A stretch of 64,000 bases of DNA from Schmidtea polychroa (taxonomy: Eukaryota), in contig CM097886.1 of NCBI GenBank assembly GCA_044892525.1, forward strand, positions 78,864,001-78,928,000, written 5' to 3'. The notes under the pieces are model-generated. The model was not told the origin of the DNA, did not search any database, and saw only the letters and a list, made by a program, of their open reading frames with translations. A program made the position numbers and the translations under genes. Below, piece after piece: positions 51,920-64,000 of the stretch (position 1 is the stretch's first letter; each line of letters starts with the position of its first letter).

Positions 51920-52480
51920 AGCCTATATATAGAATATTTTCTTTCGCCAATTGATCCCGTTGCTAACCGCAGTTTGTAATGTCCTAAGTGCTCTAATGAG
52001 CTCTCTCCTTAAACTACTGATGATCTGGTGTGACTTGGGTTTAGGGACTACCGATAGAAAGCTTATTTTCGACTTTGACTCAACTTGGTAGATTTTATGT
52101 CGCCTCAATGATACTCCAATATACTTAAGTTATAAATCTGATTTTATTAACTGTTTGGTTAAATTGTCGAAGTTTGATTTACGGATGAATAGGTTTATAA
52201 ATACATTCAATGTTGTTATTTTCATTTACTTCCTGGTAGTGGTTTTAACTGTTGTTTAGGCGTACGAGGCCGCATTCCTTTGGCGATAATTATTCAGTTC
52301 TCTGTGCTCAAGGAGTTGACTTTGTGTTAACTCGACCTCTGATCACGAATCTCAATTTGCTCTTGCAATAATTGGCTCGTTTTAACATTTTGATGGTTTG
52401 GTTTGAATCAAGTTACTTCTAGTTCTCAGTGACGCGGTATAGGTTCTTAGTTTGAGACTCTCTTCTGACATACCTACATT
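51920..52480 (-). mobile_element. Possible gypsy-type 5' internal (PBS/gag) remnant
   Basis: Minus-strand GGTATGTCAGAAG resembles the PBS at 41140, followed by a decayed ORF. Confidence 0.3.
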
Positions 52481-54414
52481 TCAGATATCACAATCGATTG
52501 TATCGATTGTATATAAGAGAAAATAACTTTCATAAAACAAATACTGATGATAGATTACGAAGTGTGCATTAGAAATTACAAAGAAGACCGTTTATTTTTA
52601 AAAAGAATTACTCCAAGGGCCAAAAATATGGCATTTTTCCCGGAACAACAAGTCCTGATAGAGAAATTATCTTTGTTAATATGGTTTAATATTTAGCTTT
52701 AATTGAAGTAAAATGACATTTATGTAGTAATATAATAGTCGGATTTGAAATTATCAAAAGGTTGAAATGCACTACGATTAATTTAGATCAGGAGTTCCCA
52801 TAATTTTACTAAAGTGGTCAAATTCTAAATTACAAATTATTCGGCGGGCCAAAATAGAAAAATGTTTTTTTTAAGTTATAATAGACTTCTCCAACTTATA
52901 ATATATTATTCTATTTCATGGAAATGTCTCACAAGAGAATGCTGCCTTTACTGAGAAGTTATATTTTCAATTGCTTGAAATTTGCTATAATGTAAATCTT
53001 TGAAGTTCTAAGTATAAATAGGTTTGCATTTATCTTCAGTTTACTTGAACTGAAATTTTCTTTTAATAAAGATACAAAATAATTTTTAGAATTAAGATCT
53101 CAGATCTTACATTGGCGGTTCACGAGCCGCATTTCAACTGTTTGATAGCCGTACTTTTAGAATCACTAGCTTAGATAATATCATGGAGATAAGAGAAATG
53201 TCAAACCAAAGATAAATGAAAACTTTAGTAAAAAATTGTCAGAAGATAGAACAAAATTATATAATCTTGTGTTTCAGGTAATAAAACAGGCGAATTATCT
53301 GCAAATAAACCAAATATTGAATGATGTATTCTTAAAACCGCAACCTTTCAATACGAATGATACATTTTTCATAACCAGACTTATGTATATCATAACTGAA
53401 AATAAGTGTAAACATGCAATTGATAGAAAAAAACTTACAACTTAAATTAAAAATATATAATACTGGAAATATAGACAGGTGTCATATCCATAATAAACAA
53501 ACAGAATCCATAGAAATAATTAAGAACTAGAACTAAAACTAGAACTAGAACCAAAATGCGGTATGCCTTATCCAAGATGAAAGAGCTCCACCGAAATCTG
53601 GCTGTGCCAGATGCAACAAACAACGTAGATTTTTTCGATTACAAACATAGAAAAATTATATAAATTTATTTACTTGTTATTATTTTTTTATGCATAACAG
53701 TTACGTCGCCATGCACCCCTTCCCCTCAATGGTCACAGAAAAGAATTCATTATACATTGAATCGTTATAGCGCTCGCTTAATTATTTTTCGTGTAATTTT
53801 TCTAATTGGAAAGGTTTATTATTTACTTTTGTTAGCCTTTTGATATTATTAATAATTATAAATAATTGATATTTAACATAATTTTTATTCTTAAAATTCA
53901 AAATTATGGATCGTTGGTAATTTCAACCGAAAGAATAAGTGATTGTAGTAACAATCACCATATAGAAAATAATGAAATTAACAAGAGTGAATCATCTTCA
54001 ATTCTTAAAGAATCTATTTAGAAAAAAGTAAGGAAAATTCGCAAGTACGACAAAGAATATCTTAAATTCGTATTTTGCGTCTTCCATTCTTCCATTTTGC
54101 GTCATTTTTCCTGAAAATCTAACTTAAGTAAGCATTAATCTTTAAATTTTACCAAGTGTTTACATTTGCTATTATTTAAAAAAAATTTTCATTTATAAAA
54201 TAATTTTTTTATTTAAAATATTTATTTTTGTAAGCTGATTCACACACTGATTTTAAATATTTTAAAATTGAAATTAATTTTTATAAAAGATTCACTTATC
54301 TTGTAAAGTGTAAATGAAATGTTATGAAGAGGAGATTTATTTTCATTTATTGAAAAATATTTGTTTTAATATTTATGTGGATCTGATAAATAAAACACTA
54401 TTATTTTTAAGTAG

Positions 54415-55267
<853 letters not shown>

Positions 55268-55610
55268 TGTCTTATGTTTTATCAAAAACTCTAGTGCTGA
55301 ATAATATATACAGATTATCATAACGAATAACTAACTGTGTTAATATTGTGAATATAATTTAATTTTTGTTTATTTAAATATATGCATATTTTGTTTTAAG
55401 GGAAAACAGTGTTTCATTTCCATGTTCTCATTCTGAACATAATTTTTTAGAGGTATTTTTAACCCAAACGAACACGACGAAGCAGGTATATACGCTAATT
55501 CAAAATGTACAATAAAAACTGTTATTAATAATTTACATTATAAGAAAACGATTTGTTTTATTAAGACGATAACACACACAAATAGAGGTGCTAAACTTGA
55601 ATTAATATCC

Positions 55611-55960
55611 ATCTACACCAGCCATTTTTAACCCGCGGCCCACCAACAGATTTTTTGTGGCCCGTGAGCGTTTTTTGATAAATGTCTGATTTGCTTATAA
55701 ATGTACATATTTTAACTTTGTTTAAACTGAGTGATGAAAGCTAGGAAATTAATTATAAAACATCATACGCTTCATATATTATAAATAAAAAAATTATTTT
55801 AAAATAGCAGTGTTGAAAGGGTAACGAAAAATTGAAGAACATCGAATGTTCAATGAAAGTTTGACCAAAAATTACTTCTTTATTTTATATAAAGAAAAAC
55901 TAATTTGTCTGATCTGTCAAGAAACTATCGGTGTCATGAAAGAATATAACTAATAAAAAA
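55611..55960 (+). mobile_element. Charlie/SPIN-like hAT remnant (GTF2IRD2-like N-terminus)
   Basis: CCAGCCATTTTTAACCCGCGGCCC end. EHRMFNESLTKNYFFILYKEKLICLICQETIGVMKEYN*. Confidence 0.7.
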
Positions 55961-56462
55961 TTAGCTGAACAGCTCAGTCGATATTCGCTCGAATTTGATC
56001 TAGTGGAAACCATCGGCTCTAATAAAGGTGTTTCTCAGTATCATTGTGTAACCGGACTTAATCCATTGTATCCTCATTGAAAATGGTATATTTTATCCCA
56101 ATTAAAACACATGACTTGTTTGAAAGTGCGGTTCCAAAGTTCATATAAACTAAGACTTCGCGGAAATGGATCCAAACTAAACCAAATGGATAGGGTACAC
56201 GTTGACGAATACGTACACGTTTTTTATTCAATATTTTAATAATCACAAAAGTGAATTTTTAATTTTTTGTAGTATTTTCCAATTATGGTGTACTTGTTAC
56301 TTTTGTAAATATTTTTTAAATATATTTTGTAAATATATTTTATGCTATTTTTTTATTTTGTTATTGTTTTTCTTTTAATTTTCTATGCTTTATTTTTGCT
56401 TCGTTTTTTGAGTTTAAATCAACTTGGTTCGAGTTCCTAATGTTGCATTACCAATGCATTAA

Positions 56463-56700
56463 CCCTCTCCGTATATTTGTCGAATATATTCGACATCAAA
56501 GCAAGATGTCACTTCCAGTTTCATAGGCCATTGCAAAAGTACATCGTTTTCACCGCGCATTATGAAAAAGAAAACAGAAAGATGTGTCCCTTTTCCAGCT
56601 TTGAATCCATCGGGATGAAGCTGAAGGCACATTTTGTAACCGTTTTTGTGGGAATAGAACGGGTCACTATAAATATCAGCATTATTTTTTACACGGAGGG
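56463..56700. mobile_element. piggyBac-like MITE
   Basis: TTAA|CCCTCTCCGT ... ACACGGAGGG|TTAA, with internal palindrome GTCGAATATATTCGAC. Confidence 0.8.
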
Positions 56701-57347
56701 TTAAATCAATAAAATTCCTATTTCAGTTAATGCGGAACAATAGGAATTTTCATTAATTTTACCGTTTCAAAACCTCCAATTGAAATTTTATGTAATATTT
56801 GCTCCGATGAAGTTCCTTATTTTGTCCAACATTACTTTGTAGAAATAAATAATATAATAGAAAATCCTCCATATTCTCCATAATTTGATCATTTACACTT
56901 TCAGTACCGTCGTTTATTATTTTAATTAAAAAATTAAATATTAAATTAAATAAAAAAATTACTTTTAATTGAAAAATATTACTACTATTAATTAATAATA
57001 TTATTAAATGAACTATTAACATTATTAAAGCAATATAGTAAAAACTATTTTATTATAACTTTGTTTAATTAATATACTTTTCTCATTTAATTGAACGAAA
57101 ACCTATAAAACTACTTTGAATTGATAGTATTAAAGACAAATTCAGGCATATTATACTGACAACATTTGATTTAGAATCTGACTATAGACATTTATATCTT
57201 TAAATTTTGAATAAAAAAAATAATTTTTTTGTATTGTTGGAAAACTTGTATTTTTATTTCATCGACGTCAAATTCCTCAAAATTAAATTATTTAATTAAA
57301 TTTTTAACAATCTTAAAATTATATTTACAATATATTTTTATTTTCAG

Positions 57348-58265
57348 AAGATTTTTATTTATCTCTATTTCCGAAAGCCTTTTTCATTTACAACCAACAA
57401 GCAATACGATGCAAAGTTATTACCAATAAAGTCCGTTATTTAGTCAAGCTACAATTTGTTGAATATATTAGTGGAAAAGTTTATTTAATTTTGGATAGTG
57501 ATGAATATTCAATTCCTGATGATATGCCAGTTGGGACATACAATGTATCATGTATAGTAACATATAATCATATGTTATATATTCATCAACAGAAGTATAA
57601 TGTTATAGGTAAAAATATATTTATTTTAAGAAATTAAATCGTGTATATAGTGAGGCCAACGAAACTTTACATAACACCAACTGAAATTAAAATTAATGAA
57701 AAAATAAGTTGCTATCCTTATTCCGCTTATATTCCTCCAACTCTGAATGAAATCCAAGTAGTTGTAAATTGGTTTTTAGAAATCGATTCAGACATTTTTG
57801 AGTTTATGAATTTTACACCATATGTGATTGAAGACAATACTCTAAAAATTAAAGACGAAGGATCATTTGGAACATATTCAGCCCGATGTTCTGTAAATGT
57901 AACTATTTTTTATCAAATTTTTAATCTAACGGCTAATCTAACTTTTAAAGTAACAGGTTTTTTTAAACTCAAGAAAATATCATTTATTTTATCATTTATT
58001 TATAGGTTTTAGTAAGCCAATAATTATGGAAAAACAACATAGAGTTCCATTATTCTTTTTTCTTTACGTCACAACAATGATTTTTTTATCTCACTATGCT
58101 AGTTGTTATTTATTAGCTTATGAAAAAACACTTAAAAGAATACGTGATATTGAACTGCTTGTTATTTTACAATCTATTCAAGTTCTTCAAAAGGAAAATG
58201 GGAAAAAGGTTATTTTTCCTTTTAATTTTCATGAATTTTTATTCTTTTTTTCTTTAATAATGTGA
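57348..58265 (+). CDS. Orphan single-pass membrane protein with two Ig-like domains (exons 57348-57608, 57651-57956, 58006-; 5' and 3' ends uncertain)
   Basis: Three exons join in frame over 42- and 49-bp GT-AG phase-1 introns. Paired Cys motifs IRCKV...GTYNVSCIV and ISCYP...GTYSARCSV, several N-x-S/T sequons, then a hydrophobic segment VPLFFFLYVTTMIFLSHYASCYLLAY. Confidence 0.7.
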
Positions 58266-58689
58266 GAATGTAATTAAATCAATTGATATTGCTATTAATT
58301 TAATTGTGTGAATGTATGTTATTGATAGATGTCACGCACGCACCTTATGGAGGGTTTGATGACTTAACCCCCCCCCCCCCCCCCACCAAGCTCAAAATGC
58401 TTGCACAAGTTCAAAATTACGCCCAAATGTTTTTTTATCGTGTACACGCCTGAATTTGTTAAATGAGTCGGCGTTTTTCTTTTTCAATACCGAAGTCAAA
58501 CGGCTGATGCATGCTAAAAACTGGCATAGAAATCTTTTAATTTTAAATTTAATAATTAAATTTAAAATACATTATTAAATTAATTAAATTAAAATGATTG
58601 TTTAAATATTCAAAAAATACGATTCATTCTTCTTTCGAACATGGCAACCGTTAATTCTTAATTAAAATCTATTAAAAAAATGTCAAACA

Positions 58690-60125
58690 TTCCAAAAACT
58701 GAACTCATCAACAATTTTGGTATAATCTCCAGATCAGGTATCAAAGTTTTCATGGAAGCCTTGATTGCTGGAGCAGATGTTTCTATGATCGGTCAATTTG
58801 ATATCGGTTTCAGATAGAGTACAAATTATTACCAAAAGCAACGAAGAGGAACAAAATATGTGGGAATCATCAGCCGATGGATCATTCACAATTAAAATTG
58901 ACGACAGTGAACCAATTGGCGGAGGAACAAAATCGGTACTTGTTCATTATCGGGACCCCCCAGTTCATTATTCAAAAATTCGGTGAAGTAATAATGTTGA
59001 GGATACCTAAATGACAAATTAGAAACAAATAAATAAAATTACTTGGGGGAAGATCGCCATGACAAACGGGACGATCTATGAGAACTCAGAAAAGAAAACG
59101 AAAGCAAAAAGAAATGAAAAATGAGGAAAAGGAAGGAAACAAAAGAAATCAAACATCAAAATAAAAACTAAGGTCAGTACTAATTAATTAGAACAAAAAG
59201 AAAATGGAATTTCGAAATTGGGAAAATAGGAAAAACAACAATACTCTTATCTCGATAGCTTGTCAGTGATAACCGAATTATTGGGAGAAGGCGGCTTAAC
59301 AAAAAAAATGGAAAAATAAAATAAAAATAAAACAGTCATGGGCGGCAGGAGAAAGAAAGTGGAAAAAAGGAGGTGGCACAGCAGAAGCAGGAGAGGAGAA
59401 ACTATAGAGAGGACAAATTATAAAATTAAGAAGACGTAGTGGAATTGTATTAGCGAATAGTTTGGAGAAACCATTGAGAGAACAATTTAGAAGAAATATT
59501 TGAATAAAATTGAAACAGAGAAACTAAAAAGAAAACAGAATTAAAGAGAAGCAGCAAGAGTTTATTCAGTTGATAATAGAATAAAGTTAGTCGAGTAAAA
59601 CCAAGTCAAAATAAGAGAACAACCATTTAGAATTACCAATTATTACACTTCTCAGTTGTGAGAGAATTTTCAAACCAAAGTTATACTAGTGTGCTATTCC
59701 TCACATAGTGTTGTAATAAGCATGGTATAATAGTTAGCTTGTTGAGTCAATTTTATCAGTGTGAAAATATTTGTGATATTCAATAAAGTTTCCAGTGTTA
59801 ATTGTTATTTGTGGGTCAGCCAAAGACACGCTTGGAGTCAGAGTAACATTTAAATTTCTCACCAACTCAATAACCCAACAATAATAATAATATTTTGAGT
59901 TGCTGAGTGTTACCCATATATGTTGGATAAACTTGTTGGATAAACTCTGAGTACCCAAAAATCATTCTTCATATGAAAGAAGATCAAGTTGAATATTTAG
60001 ATGGGAAGAAAGTTAAAGAAATTATCAAAAAGCATTCGCAATTCATTGGCTATCCAATAAAATTGGTTTGAGAAAAGAAAAGAGATACTGAGGTAGCTGA
60101 TAGTAAAGTTGAAGAAGAACCAAGA
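58690..60125 (+). pseudogene. HSP90: Truncated HSP90 pseudogene split by a 1-kb insertion
   Basis: [39 protein letters not shown], a frameshifting deletion, [30 protein letters not shown] | [39 protein letters not shown]. Confidence 0.9.
58935..59955. mobile_element. Unclassified 1021-bp insertion in the HSP90 pseudogene
   Basis: Termini GGTACT / AGTACC. Flanks caaaatc / caaaaatc (8-bp TSD with one A lost). Interior is purine-rich and gag-like. Confidence 0.7.
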
Positions 60126-61086
60126 ATGACAATGAAAATACCCAGATACACTTTATTCAATAAATATAATGTACGAATTTGTTTTATGTTCCTACAGGCT
60201 AAACGTACCGCAATTTATGCCCTTTGGTGTATCAAAAATTCAAATTCTTTGTCTTATTTGTAACTTTTACATACCTTTTGTCATTAAAGTTTTCCAATTT
60301 TATTCATTATACATAGTTTTCAAAATTTCAATAAAAATCTTTTCAACATTTTATTCTCAATTCAATTAGAAATATGGAAAATATTGTTTTGGTCAAAACT
60401 CATTATCGAAAAACATTTATAATCAAATTGCAAAAGTAATAAACGATAAGAAGAAAGGATTTGTTGACAAAGTATCTAAGTCATTGACTTTTGATCAATC
60501 AATTATGGATTCTTTTCGGGCTTCTACGCCAGTAAGTATGGTTGTTTATTCAAAATATCTCCAATTAATTTGATAAATATGTAATAAGATTTCCAAATAT
60601 ATTAAATATTTAGTAAATTACTAATTTTCTGAATTTCACGTCTAATGATATGTAATGCGCATCCATTTATATTATCTTTTAAAGTTAGTTTAATTATTGG
60701 AAATATTTGTATCGAACAATATCTTGATTTAAAATATTGTAGATTTTCAATGAAAAACTAAGGACTAGCGATAATTTTTGTTTATTTTCTTAGGGTTTAT
60801 TTATCCAGCAAAATAGCTATTGGAGTGTGATACTTATTGAGAAATAAAACTTTAAAAAATGTTGAAAATTTTAAAATAAAAATAAAAATATAATAAATAT
60901 TTAAAATTTTATTAATGTAATTTAAAATAAATTTTACTTTAATTTAAATTTAATTTTAATTAAATTTAATTTGAAAATTATATTTATATTAAAATTTATA
61001 AAACAAATTACAAACTTATTTTTCATTTTAAAATAAATTAGCTTGTTTAGATATGAATCTGTTCTCGTAAAATTATATATGTAATT

Positions 61087-62491
61087 TAGGTTTGCCAGAT
61101 TTTCATCAAGACAAACCGGGACAATAAAAATTTATTCAAAAATATAAAAAATTCATTGTAACAAAAAACTTAATATATAATATTAATTGAAAAACGTCAA
61201 TAAAATAAATAAAACTTAAAATTAATAACACAAAAATAAAGGAACTAAGTATTTCTAATACAAAAATGGAAATACAAAAGCGTGGAAATACATTATTAAA
61301 ACACTCCTAATCATATTTACGGCTTGATCTTAAATTTGTATTGTAAGAACTTTGAAGCAAGAAGTATAAAAGAACTAGCAAAGGCAGCTGGCATTGAATT
61401 AATTTTCTCAAGCCCATATCACCATAACACGAATGGTATTATTGAAAGACAATTCAGAACAATCAGAGAGTATATTAACGCGTCATTGAATGAAGGAGGA
61501 AGGAAAAACTGGGCTGATATAGTGCCAGAAATAGAATATACGTTAAATGCAACAGTTCAAAAAACAACGGGAGTAAGCCCAGCAGAGATTATATTTGGGA
61601 GGAAAATCGACAGAATGAAATGGTACTCGAATAAAGAAATAAATAGAGAAGATATGGAAAAGAGAATAGAGGATAAAACACTAAAACCAAAAATAAGCAA
61701 AACAGTGAGGGATTTTGAAATGGAAGATGTGGTCTTGATCAAACAAGAAATTCGAAATAAAGACGATGCAAGGTGGGAAGGGCCGTACAAAGTGATAAAG
61801 AAAATACATGAACGGAGCTACTTACTTAAAGATCAAAATGGGAAGATGGTAGTCAGAAATGTTGAGAAGATCAAACATTTTAAAAAAGGGGGATGTGAGG
61901 AGTTAAAATTAAAATACTAAATTAAATTAGTTCATGATTAAAATTTGTAAAGTTTTAATTGAAACTTAAATTATTTTAAGATATTAAAATTGAAATGATA
62001 ATTGAAATTTTAAAATAAAATAATTTTTAATAAAATTGAAATTCAAGTATGAATGCGATGGTATGTTGATATTTGGTTGAAATTAAAATTTAGAAAATTT
62101 GTTTATATAATCAGATTTAATGAAATATAATTTTGGATTTAATAGTCTTAGTAATTTATTTTGATGACCGAAGAATTAAATGTTATAGCTTCTAACAATT
62201 GTAAATAAAAAAGTGACTTTAGATTAAACAAAAACAAAACTTAACCATCTGTCATTCATAACAAAAACAAACTACCCAACAGAAAAAGTTTCATATTAAA
62301 ACCCATCGAACAAGATAGCTAATTCGAAAAATAGAAAAAGTGCAATAAATAAACGAAACTTTGGAGGCAGTTGTCCTCCAAAATTTTTAATTTTGTTTGC
62401 AATGCAAAATAACCGGGACAATTGAGCATCCCGAAGACCTCTTTCGGGACACCGGGACAATCCCGGAAAACCGGGACGTCTGGCAACCCTA
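61087..62491. mobile_element. hAT non-autonomous element containing an LTR-retrotransposon fragment
   Basis: TIRs TAGGTTTGCCAGA / TCTGGCAACCCTA. Perfect 8-bp TSD atgtaatt. Subterminal CCGGGACA motifs. Confidence 0.9.
61324..61920 (+). mobile_element. Ty3/gypsy-type integrase C-terminal ORF with PPT and 3' LTR start
   Basis: SSPYHHNTNGIIERQFRTI (catalytic E region), WADIVPEIEYTLNATVQKTTGVSPAEIIFG, and the GPY/F-type motif WEGPYKV. PPT AAAAAAGGGGGA (61882-61893) is followed by TGTGAGG. Confidence 0.92.
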
Positions 62492-62592
62492 ATGTAATTC
62501 CATAAAATTTATTAAAAATATTTTGTTGTGAAATACATCTATCTTTATTTCTTACATCACTATATTATATTAATTTTATGACTTATTAACAA

Positions 62593-62620
62593 CTAGCAGT
62601 TGTACCCGGCTTCGGCCGAG
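62593..62620 (-). mobile_element. Helitron 3' terminus
   Basis: Reverse complement CTCGGCCGAAGCCGGGTACAACTGCTAG resembles the hairpin+CTAG end at 42778-42805. Confidence 0.55.
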
Positions 62621-63383
62621 TTTACATTTATAATAATAATTCATTCAAATTAACTTTTTGTTTAATGATGTTATTACGTTCTAGTATTAATTTTATGGGG
62701 ATCCGTCGAAAGAGCGCACGACAAAAGAGCACTGACATAAGAGCGCAAAATAAAGATCGAAAAACAATATTTAATAAATAGGAACAAGAAAATTAACTGA
62801 GATCAGATGACATCGTTTGATGTTAACTCTTTATTGTTTCATTAAAAAACTAATTGTTCAATTTCTTTAACTAAAAAACTGGTCTAATCAACTGAACGTT
62901 TGCGGGCATCTTAACTAAAATAGACTATCAACTGAAGTCTTATTATTTCAAACGCAATCTAATAACACATACAAAGATTTTAAATGTTAGGCCTAAAGTG
63001 AGAATATAAAATGAAATGAATTGTAACAAAATGAAAGGAAGTTCAAACGAATAAAACGTTTCTTTATAGTTGCATAGTCGTAGGTAGTCTTAGGTCGGTG
63101 CTTTTTTGTCTGGGTGCCTAATTTTATAACAGCTTAAATTCCATGTTTAATTCACAATGAGAAAAGCTTTCAAAATAAATTTCAATTTGTAAAATCGAAA
63201 ACGCACTCCAATTTAAATCGAAAAATAACTGGCAATATTTTCCTAATTGCAAACTGGTTCACTAATCAAATAAAATTCAAATTCTCCATGTTTGAATTCT
63301 GCTTTGAAAACTTTTGACTAAATTATATTACTATGGAATTCTATGGTGACAAACAAACAAACTTTCATCTTTATATATTAGAT

Positions 63384-63743
63384 CAGGGGCGTGCAAATGG
63401 TGGCCCGTGAGGCGAATTTTTCTGGCCCGTGGAAATCGAAAAACATACGAATAAATTGAGTTTTATACTTTGATAGCTAAAAGGCTCTGCGATTCTTCTT
63501 CTTTTAATTGTTCCTATAAAATTTTCATGGATATTATTGTACACTATGCTAACTAGCTGCAGTAATTAAGCGTATAGTGTCCTGTTTTTTTAGATTAAAA
63601 GGTAAACCCTAAGAAAAATTCCGCTGAAAAGAAATTGGGTTTTTATATTTGAGAGGGGGTTTTTTTTTAAAAATTTTTTCTGGCCCTATAAAAATAATTT
63701 TCCTAAAAGTGGCCCTCGGACCACTTTTGGCTGCACACCTCTG
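63384..63743. mobile_element. hAT (Charlie-type) MITE
   Basis: TIRs CAGGGGCGTGCA / TGCACACCTCTG. Perfect 8-bp TSD tattagat. Confidence 0.9.
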
Positions 63744-64000
63744 TATTAGATTAAATTAAAATCGGAAGAAGTTAACACGAGTAATACAGTGAGTAGAATA
63801 GTCATTTAAACAATTATTTATGTCAAATTACAAAAGCCGTACAGACAAGAAATGCCGGGACAATATCCCACTATGAGCTCAATTGCATAATAAACATTTC
63901 GACTCAAATTTTGAATATAAAAAAAGGAATAAGCAATTTTTGATTTAAATCTGTAAATTATTTAATTATTGCAAAAATCCACGAAGCCTGGAGACATCGG

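Noticed and set aside
60830-61070. AT-only palindromic-looking tract
   Set aside because: Low-complexity A/T sequence pairs by chance.

Overview
AT-rich (roughly 75% AT by eye), intron-containing animal nuclear DNA, read with the standard code. Two N gaps. Four conserved multi-exon genes were reconstructed by hand: an NK2.1/scarecrow-type homeobox gene (+), a FEZ/UNC-76 gene (-), complex I 75 kDa subunit NDUFS1 (+) and a UBE2E-type E2 (+). There is also an orphan two-Ig-like-domain membrane protein gene, an orphan minus-strand ORF and an interrupted HSP90 pseudogene. Most introns are tiny (about 33-60 bp) and a few are multi-kb and packed with transposon debris (hAT, pogo, Tc1, piggyBac-like, Helitron, LTR). 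This fits a compact invertebrate genome such as an orthonectid or dicyemid, which is inference only. The most notable non-genic structure is a ~79-copy 31-bp satellite with higher-order blocks. Its monomer recurs as a ~10-copy array inside a pogo transposase, at the KPSLLVWD catalytic-Asp region, suggesting a satellite born from a transposase. Other unusual structures are a ~1.5-kb-arm inverted duplication in the UNC-76 intron with datable nested insertions, and two related long hairpins bracketing the last UNC-76 exon. No rRNA, tRNA or CRISPR array was found.
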